From contig CAZWFW010000001.1 of NCBI GenBank assembly GCA_964633445.1, positions 6,339 to 70,338 of the forward strand: a DNA stretch of 64,000 nt. The letters are read 5' to 3'. Numbering within the stretch: position 1 is the first letter of the stretch; each line of letters opens with the position of its first letter. The DNA is from Candidatus Undinarchaeota archaeon (GTDB lineage: Archaea; Undinarchaeota; CAZWFW01). Positions 1 through 9,323 of this stretch are shown here, in pieces. The notes beneath the pieces were generated by a model, which had not been told where the DNA came from, ran no database searches, and saw only the letters and a list, made by a program, of their open reading frames with translations. The translations under genes and the position numbers were made by a program.

Positions 1-1083
1 TATCCACGTCTTAAATGGTAGCGTTAACTCCGTATAATAATTCGCTACAAAAACTTCTGCTGCTTTTGCAAAGCCTAAACCAACTGTAATACCAAGCAGA
101 CCTCCAGCACATCCTATAAATCCAGATTCTAGCAAAAATATAAGAAATATGTGAATCTTCTTAGCACCTATAGCCTTCAATATACCTATCTCTCGTGTTC
201 TTTCAGTTACTGCCATATACATGGTGTTCATAATCCCTGTTGCTCCCACGATTAATGATATCCCAGCAATTCCAACAACAACTGCCGTTATTATTGATAG
301 AATGCTTCCTATCCTTTCAGACAATTCCTCTGTTGTTAAAATCGTAAAATCCTCTCTTTTCCTATCCTTCTTCAAAACCTTTTCTATTTCTTTAGCAACG
401 TCCTCGGGATCTCCCTTAGCTTTAACTAATATTAAATTTGCCTCATCAGCTTTTAAAACTTCCTTCGCAGCATCATAAGGAATATAAATTGAATAATCAT
501 CAAATCTGCTACCTATTTTATTTAAAATCCCGATGACTTTAAAAGGAACACCATTAATAACTATTTTATCACCAACCTCAATTTCTTTGCCAAATTCATA
601 TTTAGCAACTCCATAACCAAGAACAGCCTCATAGCTCTTGCTTTTTCTCAGATATTTTCCTTCTTCCAGGCTATAACCCTGTATGGTTTCCATAATTTCC
701 TTCATTTTATCTACAGGCAAACCGTAAACAAAGGTTACATCAGAGGTATCTTTATAAACAACGGTTGCTGTTTTGAATATCAAAGGAGCTGCTACTTCAA
801 CACCTTTAACTTTCTCTATGTCCTCTATTTCTTTTTCTGAAAATCCTTTTCCAAAAAGCGCGGTTCCAAGCATGCTTTTCTGAGACTTTCCTGGCAGTAC
901 TGTTATTTTATCCTTCCCAAGTTTTTCAAACTCTTCGCTTACGTACTTCTTCATACCAACGCTTATTGAAATCAAAGCCACAATTGCCGAAATTCCGATA
1001 ATTACACCAAGAATTGTTAACCAACTTCTTAATTTTTGTCTTGTAAGGTTTCTTAGTGCTAGGATTGCTATATCCAAAAGCAT
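1..1083 (-). CDS. ABC transporter permease, FtsX/MacB-type (gene 3' end lies outside window)
   Basis: Not in the ORF track because it runs off the window. My translation from ATG 1083 gives MLLDIAILALRNLTRQKLRSWLTILGVIIG..., then a roughly 200-aa extracytoplasmic domain, then ...MAVTERTREIGILKAIGAKK... (FtsX-domain hallmark). TAATG stop/start overlap with the upstream gene. Confidence 0.85.
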   Translation of the reverse strand, partial: MLLDIAILALRNLTRQKLRSWLTILGVIIGISAIVALISISVGMKKYVSEEFEKLGKDKITVLPGKSQKSMLGTALFGKGFSEKEIEDIEKVKGVEVAAPLIFKTATVVYKDTSDVTFVYGLPVDKMKEIMETIQGYSLEEGKYLRKSKSYEAVLGYGVAKYEFGKEIEVGDKIVINGVPFKVIGILNKIGSRFDDYSIYIPYDAAKEVLKADEANLILVKAKGDPEDVAKEIEKVLKKDRKREDFTILTTEELSERIGSILSIITAVVVGIAGISLIVGATGIMNTMYMAVTERTREIGILKAIGAKKIHIFLIFLLESGFIGCAGGLLGITVGLGFAKAAEVFVANYYTELTLPFKTWI

Positions 1084-2546
1084 TATTTACTTTTTATAAC
1101 TCTCTTTCCGAATTTTATCAAAATAATTGCTGAGATCAAGATAATTCCTAAACCACTAAATTTAAGCAAAGGAATTTCTTCTTTTTCCTCCACAGAAAAG
1201 GAGATTTCCTTAGACATAACATTTTCTTTATTAAATGCATCCTTGTAATAAACCTTAACATATAACTTTATCCTTTTACCTAAAGGCTCTATATTCAATT
1301 CTGCTGTTTCGTAATCGTTCTTATCGACATCTCCTACGAAATCAACACCTTTATTTATAACACAACCTTCGCATCTCTCCAATTCAATTAAAACACCAGT
1401 AGCTGTTGCATCTCCTCTATTTATGATTGTTAATGTAACCTTCCCCTCCTCTGTGTCGAAACTATCCAAATTAATTTCTAGATGTGGAGTAGCTTCTATT
1501 TTAACAACACCTAGAAATGTTGAGTTAAAACTTCTTCCAGCATTATCAGCGAAGGTAATGTAAATTGGGAATGCATATTCCCCTGCATCTGCATTTTCAA
1601 AAGCTTTAACGGGGATTTCAATCTTCCTCTTTTCCCCTATCTCTAAGCTATTAACTTTCACAATCTTATCACCCATTATGAAGAACGGCAAGCCCCCTTC
1701 CTGAAGAGTTATAAAAATATTATCTATTTTTGTATTTCCTTTGTTCTCTACGTATATTGTCAAATTAGTTAGGTTGCCTGGTGCTAAAGTTATTTCTGTT
1801 GTTTTTACTGATATTGAGGGAACTCTTGCATTAACTTTTATTTGCAAGCTTTTGATATCAAAAAGTTGAGGATTGTCCCAAGTTTCATATTTAATGAGTA
1901 AAGGAATAGAAAATCTGCCAGGATAATCAGACTCAACTTTTATGCAAAATCTTTGACTTTTGTCAGGGGCAAGAGAAGCAAAAAAGAAGTTGTTATTGCC
2001 AATAACCTGAACGTAAGGTGTGGAGTTTACTACTATCTCAATATTTCTTAAATCTATTTTCCCAACATTTTCGAGATATGCACAAACCTCTTTCCTTTCA
2101 CCAGTAACTAGCTCTGTAGAACTTTGCTTAATCATAAGAATGGGTCTATAGTTAATTGTTAAAGGATAGTACCAAATATCTTCATGATGCCCAGTGGTGT
2201 CGCTGTATTCAATTTTAATCTTTAACGGATATATTCCAGCTTCGCAATCCTTTGCTTTTAAGTCTACAGGTATGCTTCTTATTTCGTTAGCGTACAAATC
2301 CCCTAGATTCATCCTTGCTTCATTTTCCCCATTTACATACCAGCATGTTCCCCTCAAAGTCAACTCTACATTTGAAGATAGCTGCGTGCTTTTTAGTGAA
2401 AGTATCAGAGTCGCTGTTGTATTCGGCTCTATGTAGCTAGGTATTGTGTATGAGGATTGCATGTCAATAAAAACTGTAGAATAAGCTTTAGGTAGTAAGC
2501 ATATTGCCAAGGTTAAACATAGTGCTAAGCCAACAAGCTTTTTCAT
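1083..2546 (-). CDS. Exported, C-terminally anchored protein with repeated beta-sandwich (CARDB/COG1361-like) modules
   Basis: 487-aa ORF with N-terminal signal peptide (MKKLVGLALCLTLAICLL) and C-terminal TM (GLGIILISAIILIKF). Repeated roughly 100-aa modules of the type ...GE..F.I.I.N.G. It sits between the ABC ATPase and permease genes. Confidence 0.6.
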   Translation of the reverse strand: MKKLVGLALCLTLAICLLPKAYSTVFIDMQSSYTIPSYIEPNTTATLILSLKSTQLSSNVELTLRGTCWYVNGENEARMNLGDLYANEIRSIPVDLKAKDCEAGIYPLKIKIEYSDTTGHHEDIWYYPLTINYRPILMIKQSSTELVTGERKEVCAYLENVGKIDLRNIEIVVNSTPYVQVIGNNNFFFASLAPDKSQRFCIKVESDYPGRFSIPLLIKYETWDNPQLFDIKSLQIKVNARVPSISVKTTEITLAPGNLTNLTIYVENKGNTKIDNIFITLQEGGLPFFIMGDKIVKVNSLEIGEKRKIEIPVKAFENADAGEYAFPIYITFADNAGRSFNSTFLGVVKIEATPHLEINLDSFDTEEGKVTLTIINRGDATATGVLIELERCEGCVINKGVDFVGDVDKNDYETAELNIEPLGKRIKLYVKVYYKDAFNKENVMSKEISFSVEEKEEIPLLKFSGLGIILISAIILIKFGKRVIKSK

Positions 2547-2604
2547 GGTACGAAAGAAATTTTCATGTTTTATAAATATAAATCTTTGCTTTACGCTTTA
2601 TCAA

Positions 2605-3324
2605 CTACTCACCTCTAATTATCTCCATAGCCTCATTAATGTTAACATTATCTTTTATTATTTTTCCGTCTCTCATAACCGCAATTCTGTCTGCGTAGTT
2701 GGCTATCTGAGGATCATGAGTCACAACTACTACTGTCTTTCCCTCCTTATTTAATCTTTTAAATAAATCCATAATAATTTTTCCGCTTTTTGTATCTAAA
2801 TTACCAGTAGGCTCGTCAGCAAGCACAACTTCAGGATCATTAGCCAATGCTCTTGCAATAGCAACTCTTTGCCTCTCACCCCCCGAGAGTTCCATAGGTT
2901 TGTGAGACTCTCTACCTTTTAACCCTACCTTCTCTAGCAATTCTCTTGCTTTCTTTATCCTCTCTTTCCTAGGGATATTTTTAAATATTGTTGGCAGTTC
3001 TACATTTTCCAGAGCTGAAAGAGTGGGAAGTAAATAAAAAAACTGAAATACAAAACCAATGAAATTTAATCTTATGTCCGCAAGCTCATTTTCATCCAAA
3101 CAATCAACTCTTCTATTTTTAATAAAGACCTTTCCTTCAGTCGGTTTATCCAAACAACCAGCTATATGAAGGAAAGTTGACTTCCCAGATCCACTAGGTC
3201 CCATTATCGCCAAAAATTCGCCCTTTTTAATTCTTATTGAAACACCTTTCAAGGCTTTAACTTTTATTTTACCTAAATCATATATTTTCCAAACGTTTTC
3301 CAATCTTATTACTGATGAACCCAT
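2605..3324 (-). CDS. ABC transporter ATP-binding protein (MacB/LolD-like)
   Basis: Walker [10 protein letters not shown], signature [15 protein letters not shown], Walker B VVLADEPT and H-loop VVVVTHD, all in canonical order. Confidence 0.95.
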   Translation of the reverse strand: MGSSVIRLENVWKIYDLGKIKVKALKGVSIRIKKGEFLAIMGPSGSGKSTFLHIAGCLDKPTEGKVFIKNRRVDCLDENELADIRLNFIGFVFQFFYLLPTLSALENVELPTIFKNIPRKERIKKARELLEKVGLKGRESHKPMELSGGERQRVAIARALANDPEVVLADEPTGNLDTKSGKIIMDLFKRLNKEGKTVVVVTHDPQIANYADRIAVMRDGKIIKDNVNINEAMEIIRGE

Positions 3325-4502
3325 CTTCTGAAAATGAAAAACTTTTTCTTCTTCTTTTTCACTTCCTTCCTTCTCTTTACTTTTTCAATAACTTTGCTAG
3401 CATCTTTGTATGTATTACCTACACCAACGGAATTACCAACCCCTATTAAAATTACGCTCCCCCCTTCACCAACCTCTCTAATTAATTCTAAAATCTTTTC
3501 TCTAGCGGGGTTTATAGATTTTACTATTTTCTTATTCATGGGCTCAATAGCTTCAAAAGCATCCATCTTTACTGCAATGGCATCCAACTCTATATTTCTC
3601 TTGCTTGCAATCTCCTCGATAAATGCCTTGTGATAAAAACCTAGACCACCTATAGCAACACCAACACCGCTAGCTACGCTACCAGTCTCTTCCCCCTCTA
3701 ATTTACTAGCAGCATCTACGGTTATTATTTTCTTAATATTTTTATCTTTCTTCAGAATATCTCTAACAGCATCAGCTATCTCCCCAAGTCTCCCTCCAGG
3801 CCCTTTAGCTCTTATAACATAAACCTTTCTTCCTTCAACCTCCTCTTCGGAGCAAACTATATCCTTTGCTATATCTCTAGCTTCCTTAGATATAAAAGTG
3901 GTAACAATTAGAGGGCCTATGCTATCCCCAATAGGTTCATTTTCAAGAAAAGCCTTTGTGCATTTCAGTTCGGATTTAGCAACTTTCATTATTAATGGCA
4001 TTATCATTTGTAGCTCGGCAAGAAAAAGGGGGTTGTTATGTTTCTTAAACATATATAGGTAGTGTTTAACAACCTTCTTTATGGAGTTTAAGCTCCAAAC
4101 AGCTTTTAAAGCCATGGATATATTCATGATGTCTTCCTCACTGGCCTTGGCATTTCTCAGCAATCTTCTCGTTCCGTCTAGAAAACGATCTTCTGATTGG
4201 TCCAGTATATATTTTAATTTTTTTAATATTCCTGAAGGATCAAGATCTACGGGCTCTATAACAAAGAAATTGAGATAATCATCAAGAAACTTCTTAATGC
4301 TTTTCCTGCTTATACCAAATTTCCTAACTCTTGAGGATATCAAATTTCTACCCTTATTTACCATACCTTCAAGTTCAAGTAAGCTGTTCTCAACTCTGAT
4401 TATCATCTGACGTATAAAAAGCCTTGGTAATACAAAAAGTAGCAACATGAAAAATACTAGTGATAATAACCAATCTTTCCAATCTGTTGGTATTAGCATC
4501 AT
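3309..4502 (-). CDS. Conserved archaeal membrane-anchored protein of unknown function (resembles the DUF1512 family, unverified)
   Basis: 397-aa ORF with one N-terminal TM, a Gly-rich core ([23 protein letters not shown]) and a Lys-rich tail. It overlaps the ABC ATPase start by 16 nt and the TrmJ-like stop by 4 nt. Confidence 0.55.
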   Translation of the reverse strand: MMLIPTDWKDWLLSLVFFMLLLFVLPRLFIRQMIIRVENSLLELEGMVNKGRNLISSRVRKFGISRKSIKKFLDDYLNFFVIEPVDLDPSGILKKLKYILDQSEDRFLDGTRRLLRNAKASEEDIMNISMALKAVWSLNSIKKVVKHYLYMFKKHNNPLFLAELQMIMPLIMKVAKSELKCTKAFLENEPIGDSIGPLIVTTFISKEARDIAKDIVCSEEEVEGRKVYVIRAKGPGGRLGEIADAVRDILKKDKNIKKIITVDAASKLEGEETGSVASGVGVAIGGLGFYHKAFIEEIASKRNIELDAIAVKMDAFEAIEPMNKKIVKSINPAREKILELIREVGEGGSVILIGVGNSVGVGNTYKDASKVIEKVKRRKEVKKKKKKFFIFRRWVHQ

Positions 4503-5197
4503 TCTTCTTTAGCTTTTAATATTTTTAATAATTTTCTTAAAATTCCTAGCATAGTATTTACCTCCCTACCAGTAAGGTTTGCTCTGCCAATAATCCTCTT
4601 AAACATTATTATAGCTTTTCTTCTTTTCTCCTTACTACTAGGAAATTCTACTATTTCTAAAAGTTCTTCAATATATTTAAATAAAACCTCCTTTTCTCTT
4701 TGGGAGGCAAGCCTAAATTCCCTTATTTTCAAGCTGGATAGCTCATAGAGGAAAATAGCAACGGCATGCGACAAATTTAATGTTGGATAATCTCTTGATG
4801 TTGGAATCGTTACCAAAATATCACACAGTTTTATTTCCTCGTTTAGCAAACCAATATCTTCTCTTCCAAACACAATCGCCACTTCTCCTTTGAGCATTTC
4901 CTTTAAATCCTTCAGCTTAATATAACTTCTTAAAAAATTAGAATCGCTTTTTGGGATCTTCGCAGTAGTTCCAATAACGAAGTCAAATTCTTTTATTGCA
5001 TCCTCAAACTTTCTAAAAATTTTAACATTGTTTACCAGCTTATAAGCGTGCTTTGCAACTTTCTTTATTTTTTCATCCTCAAAACTAAATTGGGGGTTAA
5101 CGACTATTATTTTCTTAAAACCAAAATTCATCATAACCCTTAATATTGCTCCAAAATTCTCAGGGTTTTTTGGTTCAACAAGAATTACAGTTATCAT
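4499..5197 (-). CDS. SpoU/TrmH-family RNA 2'-O-methyltransferase (TrmJ-like)
   Basis: The family-typical N-terminus starts at M29 of the track ORF (MITVILVEPKNPENFGAILRVMMNFGF). Also has VFGREDIGL and NLSHAVAIFLYEL. ATG 5197 forms an ATGA overlap with the upstream stop, so I prefer it to 5281. Confidence 0.85.
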   Translation of the reverse strand: MITVILVEPKNPENFGAILRVMMNFGFKKIIVVNPQFSFEDEKIKKVAKHAYKLVNNVKIFRKFEDAIKEFDFVIGTTAKIPKSDSNFLRSYIKLKDLKEMLKGEVAIVFGREDIGLLNEEIKLCDILVTIPTSRDYPTLNLSHAVAIFLYELSSLKIREFRLASQREKEVLFKYIEELLEIVEFPSSKEKRRKAIIMFKRIIGRANLTGREVNTMLGILRKLLKILKAKEE

Positions 5198-5559
5198 GCT
5201 ATATGCGCTAAAAATAGGTATTTTACCGAAAGTATCAGTATTATGTAATATAAAAATACTGCAACAAAGCTCTTTAACCAACTATCCAAACCTGCAAGGA
5301 AATTCAGCATTACTATCATAAGAATGATGGAGATAAAGCTTCCAAAAACAATGCCAAATAATGGAAATGCTATGAATGATCCAAAAATTTCTACAAGAAT
5401 AAAGGTTACTATACTGCCCAAAAAACTCCCACCTAAAAGTTTCACTATTATTCCTAAAACTATTGCGCTTACGATTATCACAAGAAGTCCTATAATGCTA
5501 ATGTGAAGATTGGAAACTAAGATTTTTTCTATTAGTTGAATATAAGCAGATTCAAGCAT
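5194..5559 (-). CDS. Small polytopic membrane protein, unknown function
   Basis: 121-aa ORF, almost entirely hydrophobic (3-4 predicted helices). Its ATG lies 3 nt downstream of the tRNA-Ala 3' end and is coupled to the TrmJ-like gene. Confidence 0.55.
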   Translation of the reverse strand: MLESAYIQLIEKILVSNLHISIIGLLVIIVSAIVLGIIVKLLGGSFLGSIVTFILVEIFGSFIAFPLFGIVFGSFISIILMIVMLNFLAGLDSWLKSFVAVFLYYIILILSVKYLFLAHIA

Positions 5560-5562
5560 TTA

Positions 5563-5634
5563 TGGACCCGCGGGGATTTGAACCCCGGGCCTCCTGCTTG
5601 CGAAGCAGGCGCTCTACCCCTGAGCTACGGGCCC
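5563..5634 (-). tRNA. tRNA-Ala (anticodon CGC)
   Basis: Reverse complement is GGGCCCGTAGCTCAGGGGTAGAGCGCCTGCTTCGCAAGCAGGAGGCCCGGGGTTCAAATCCCCGCGGGTCCA. It folds as a cloverleaf with anticodon loop TTCGCAA, the G3:U70 Ala identity pair and T-loop TTCAAAT. No encoded CCA. Confidence 0.9.
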
Positions 5635-5767
5635 TAATGTTATGTTTTATTGTCTCTAGAATTTAAGTTTTAGGAAAGTATTTATCTAACAATCTAACAT
5701 AAAAACATTTTCCATGCTAAATCCTTTTAATAAGTTAATAAAAAATTTAAATGAAAAAAAAGAAGTA

Positions 5768-5923
5768 TTAAACGATTATACCCTCTCTGCGATTCTTTTT
5801 ATTGATCTCTCTGTTCATACGATGTAAACCTCTCCTTACTAGCCACCTTCTAAATTCTTCAAAAGCTTCCTTTTCATATTGCTCATCAATTTTTTCTAGA
5901 ACTTCCTCGATTTCCATAATCAT
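5768..5923 (-). CDS. Possible small charged protein (51 aa)
   Basis: Below the track threshold. My translation is MIMEIEEVLEKIDEQYEKEAFEEFRRWLVRRGLHRMNREINKKNRREGIIV*. GGTGAT lies 5 nt upstream of the ATG. Divergent from hypF. Confidence 0.35.
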   Translation of the reverse strand: MIMEIEEVLEKIDEQYEKEAFEEFRRWLVRRGLHRMNREINKKNRREGIIV

Positions 5924-5998
5924 TTTGATCACCCAAAAGATTAATTAGTTTTAATTAGTTAGCAGTATAGCGCTAGAGTATGTTGCCATTATTTCAAA

Positions 5999-8275
5999 AT
6001 GAAAAACCGCAAAAAAGCAGTCAAAATAATAATTAGGGGAGTTGTTCAAGGCATAGGTTTTAGACCCTTCATTTTCAGAATTGCCAACTCGCTTAATGTT
6101 AAAGGATATGTTAAAAATGTGAAGGGTGGTGTGGAAGTTTATGCTGAAGCCTCTCAAAAGATTTTAGATAGTTTTTTAAATGAAATAATGAGTAAAAAGC
6201 CACCTTTATGCAAAATTGATGAAATCGAAATTAAGAATGTGTCTCTCGCCAATTTCAAGTCTTTTACTATAGAAAAAAGTGGTTTTGAAGATGAACCAGA
6301 GATGGTAATCCCTCCTGATATTGCTATCTGCAATGAATGTGTTAAGGAGCTACGCGATAAAGAAAATAGAAGATTTGGATATTTTTTCATAACATGCACT
6401 TCTTGTGGGCCAAGGTATACCATAATTGAGGATTTGCCTTTCGATAGAAAGAATACCACATTAAAATGTTTTAAATTATGTAAGGAATGTCTTAGGGAAT
6501 ACCTAGATCCCAAGAATAGGAGGTTTCATGCCCAGACAATTGCTTGCGGTAAATGCGGACCAAAGCTGTTTTTGAAAAGTAGCGGTAAGGTTTTGCGTAA
6601 TAATGTTATTAAAAAAGTTGCAAAATTACTGAGTAATGAAGAAGTTGTTGCAATTAAGGGTTTAGGAGGGTATCATCTAGCTGTTAGGGCTGATAGCAAT
6701 TTTGCGGTGCTAAATTTAAGGAAATCACTGAGAAGATCGCAAAAGCCTTTTGCTGTAATGTGTAAGGATGTTAAAACTGCAAAAACGTTTGCAGTAATTA
6801 ACGAAAGTGAGAGAAGGTTGCTAGAATCTTGGCAGAGACCAATAGTTGTTTTGAGAAAAAGCAGTGATTATTGGTTAAGCAAATATGTAGCACCAGGACT
6901 TGATACAATAGGGGTTTTTCTGCCATATACAGCTTTACATTACCTCTTATTTGACCACATAGATTTTCCAATAATCCTAACATCTGCGAATTATCCTAAC
7001 GAGCCTATTGCTAAAGACGAAAATGAAGTAGAGACGTTTGGTTTTGTTGAGCATATTCTTTACTACAATAGAAGAATAGCTAACAGATGCGATGATTCAG
7101 TCGTTAGGATCGTTGCAAATGAAAAAGTCTTTTTGAGAAAAGCAAGAGGTTATGCACCCTGCACGATGAAGTTGATTGGTGTTGACAAGAAAATTCTAAG
7201 TTTGGGCGCGGAACTCAATGTAACCTTTTCAATTTATAAGTATGGCAAGTGTATAACCTCACCGCATATAGGAGACGTTGATAATGAAGCTTGCTTAACA
7301 CATTTGAAGCAAACTTTGTTTAAATTTCTTAGAATGTTAAAAGTCAAACCTGAGATAGTTGTCTGTGACTTACATCCAGGATATCTAACAAGCTCTTTGG
7401 CTGAGGATCTAGCAAGCAAATTTAAGGCAAAGTTAGTTAAAGTTCAGCATCACGAAGCGCATGCATTTTCATTAATGGCTGAAAAAGGGATTAATAATAT
7501 TGTTTGCATTGTTTGCGACGGTTTAGGCTATGGTAATGATGGCAATATATGGGGTGGTGAGGTCTTTGCAATTAAGGGTAAAGAAGTTATAAGAGCTGGT
7601 AGGCTCGAGTACCAACCAATGCCTGGTGGAGAGCTTACAATAAAGTATCCTTTAAGGATGGCTGCAGGAATACTATTCAAAATTTTTGGGGATGATGCTA
7701 AGAGAATCTTAGCTAAATATGAAAACAAATTCAGATATGGTAGAAAGGAAATCACCGCAATTTTAAATCAAGTTATAAATAAGATAAATACTCCTTATAC
7801 AAGTAGCACTGGTAGAATTCTTGATGCGATTTCTGCATTGCTGGGCGTGTGTTATGAAAGAACTTATGAGGGGGAACCAGCAATGAAACTTGAAGCCATT
7901 GCTAAAGGAAGAGATTTGGGTTTTAACTTTAACATTAAAAAAGAAGACAATGCCCATGTTTTAATAACATCTTCAATTATTGAGGAGGTTGCTAATACCA
8001 TCAATCAAAAAAATGCAAAGGATGTAGCATTATCAGCTCATCTAGCATTAGCTAGAGGTTTATTTGAAATTGCTAGGAGAGTATGCAAAAAATATGATAT
8101 TGATAAGATTGGTTTTACTGGAGGCGTCGCTTACAACACTATAATATCTAGCGAGCTCAAAAGACTTTGCAATGAAGAAAATTTTGAGCTTTACTTACAA
8201 ACAAAATATCCTTGTGGAGATGGGGGGATATCCTTAGGTCAAATTTATAGAACATTGTTCTTTAAGGAAATATAA
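5999..8275 (+). CDS. hypF: [NiFe]-hydrogenase maturation carbamoyltransferase HypF
   Basis: Acylphosphatase-like N-terminus (VKIIIRGVVQGIGFRPFI), two paired CxxC zinc-finger motifs (CNEC...CTSCGPRYT; CKEC...CGKCGPK), YrdC-like AIKGLGGYHLAV and a Kae1-like C-terminus. 758 aa is the typical length. Confidence 0.97.
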   Translation: MKNRKKAVKIIIRGVVQGIGFRPFIFRIANSLNVKGYVKNVKGGVEVYAEASQKILDSFLNEIMSKKPPLCKIDEIEIKNVSLANFKSFTIEKSGFEDEPEMVIPPDIAICNECVKELRDKENRRFGYFFITCTSCGPRYTIIEDLPFDRKNTTLKCFKLCKECLREYLDPKNRRFHAQTIACGKCGPKLFLKSSGKVLRNNVIKKVAKLLSNEEVVAIKGLGGYHLAVRADSNFAVLNLRKSLRRSQKPFAVMCKDVKTAKTFAVINESERRLLESWQRPIVVLRKSSDYWLSKYVAPGLDTIGVFLPYTALHYLLFDHIDFPIILTSANYPNEPIAKDENEVETFGFVEHILYYNRRIANRCDDSVVRIVANEKVFLRKARGYAPCTMKLIGVDKKILSLGAELNVTFSIYKYGKCITSPHIGDVDNEACLTHLKQTLFKFLRMLKVKPEIVVCDLHPGYLTSSLAEDLASKFKAKLVKVQHHEAHAFSLMAEKGINNIVCIVCDGLGYGNDGNIWGGEVFAIKGKEVIRAGRLEYQPMPGGELTIKYPLRMAAGILFKIFGDDAKRILAKYENKFRYGRKEITAILNQVINKINTPYTSSTGRILDAISALLGVCYERTYEGEPAMKLEAIAKGRDLGFNFNIKKEDNAHVLITSSIIEEVANTINQKNAKDVALSAHLALARGLFEIARRVCKKYDIDKIGFTGGVAYNTIISSELKRLCNEENFELYLQTKYPCGDGGISLGQIYRTLFFKEI

Positions 8276-8380
8276 TTCCTTTCACTCATCTTTGTGAATA
8301 AGCATATCTTCGATCGTTCTGTTCTTGATTCTTGAGAAATATTTCTTAGAATTGCTAACCCAAAATATAAAAACTTTTCC

Positions 8381-8561
8381 AAATTTTCTACTGTGTTGCA
8401 TGATTCATGCAAAACGGTAGCATAAGCCCTTAAAACTCTAAATAAGCATTATAATTGCTTCCTCAGAGCTCACATCAGAAAGAGCTCGCATACCTCAGAT
8501 TGCCAAAAGAAGGAAGAGATAACGGTTTTTTTAAATAATTGTGCAACACAGTACAAATTTT
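8381..8561. repeat. 181-bp non-coding element bounded by ~20-bp imperfect inverted repeats (MITE-like)
   Basis: aaattttctactgtgttgca (8381-8400) versus tgcaacacagtacaaatttt (8542-8561). The 12-nt core is a perfect inverted repeat and 18/20 match overall. An internal palindrome ttgcatgaTtcatgcaa is present. The core recurs at 63975-63987. Confidence 0.35.
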
Positions 8562-8650
8562 CAATCTGCGAAATAAGGATTATCAGCTAAAGATAGAAAA
8601 GAAACCGATAAAAACTATAATTTTTTAAAAATTTCAACAAAATATATACT

Positions 8651-9295
8651 ATGAAGAAAAACAAGTTTTCACCCTTCCTTTATTTCCTCCTCATTTCCGT
8701 ATCCATAATTCTTTCCTTCGATCTCTTTGCTACCGTTTATGTCAAGGAGGAGGTTTATTCGATTCCTTCGCCTCTTTTTGGGCTTGAATTAGACCCAAAT
8801 TGGAATGTTTCTAAGGAAAACGGTAAAATTATTTTTTCTGGAAGCGAAGTGGGGTTTGTAAGAATCTCGTTAGAAAGAGTGGGAGAGATAAAAATAAAGG
8901 AAGATCTGAAGAAACAAATTCTCCCAAGCGTAGTTGAGAAAATAGAAAAGGTCGAGTTTAGAATGAATATGGAAAAAGGTGGAGTGATCTTAAATTTAGA
9001 GGCTGTCGAGCACAAAGGTGGTTATAGAAGGTATCTAGTAAATTTCTACCAAAATGGAGTAGATATTACAAAGAGAGAGAGTGAAAACGTTTTACTCCAT
9101 GAAACCTTTCCTTTAAATTTGTCGTTCAACCGATGGTATAAAGTCGAAGCTTGGACCGAAAACAAAACGATTTACTTAAAAGTAGATAACTTTACTCAAG
9201 TAAGCTTTTATGATCCAAACCCTTATCGAATTAACAGTATAAGCTTTGAAACTTGGGAAGGCTCGAAGGCTAAAATATCAGAACATAAATATTGA
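8651..9295 (+). CDS. Secreted/anchored protein, possible jelly-roll (LamG-like) fold
   Basis: 214-aa ORF with an N-terminal signal-anchor (FLYFLLISVSIILSF). The C-terminal part WYKVEAWTENKTIYLKVDN resembles lectin-type jelly rolls. No firm family call. Confidence 0.5.
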   Translation: MKKNKFSPFLYFLLISVSIILSFDLFATVYVKEEVYSIPSPLFGLELDPNWNVSKENGKIIFSGSEVGFVRISLERVGEIKIKEDLKKQILPSVVEKIEKVEFRMNMEKGGVILNLEAVEHKGGYRRYLVNFYQNGVDITKRESENVLLHETFPLNLSFNRWYKVEAWTENKTIYLKVDNFTQVSFYDPNPYRINSISFETWEGSKAKISEHKY

Positions 9296-9323
9296 GGTGA
9301 AAAAGAAAGAATTTTTCAAGCTA

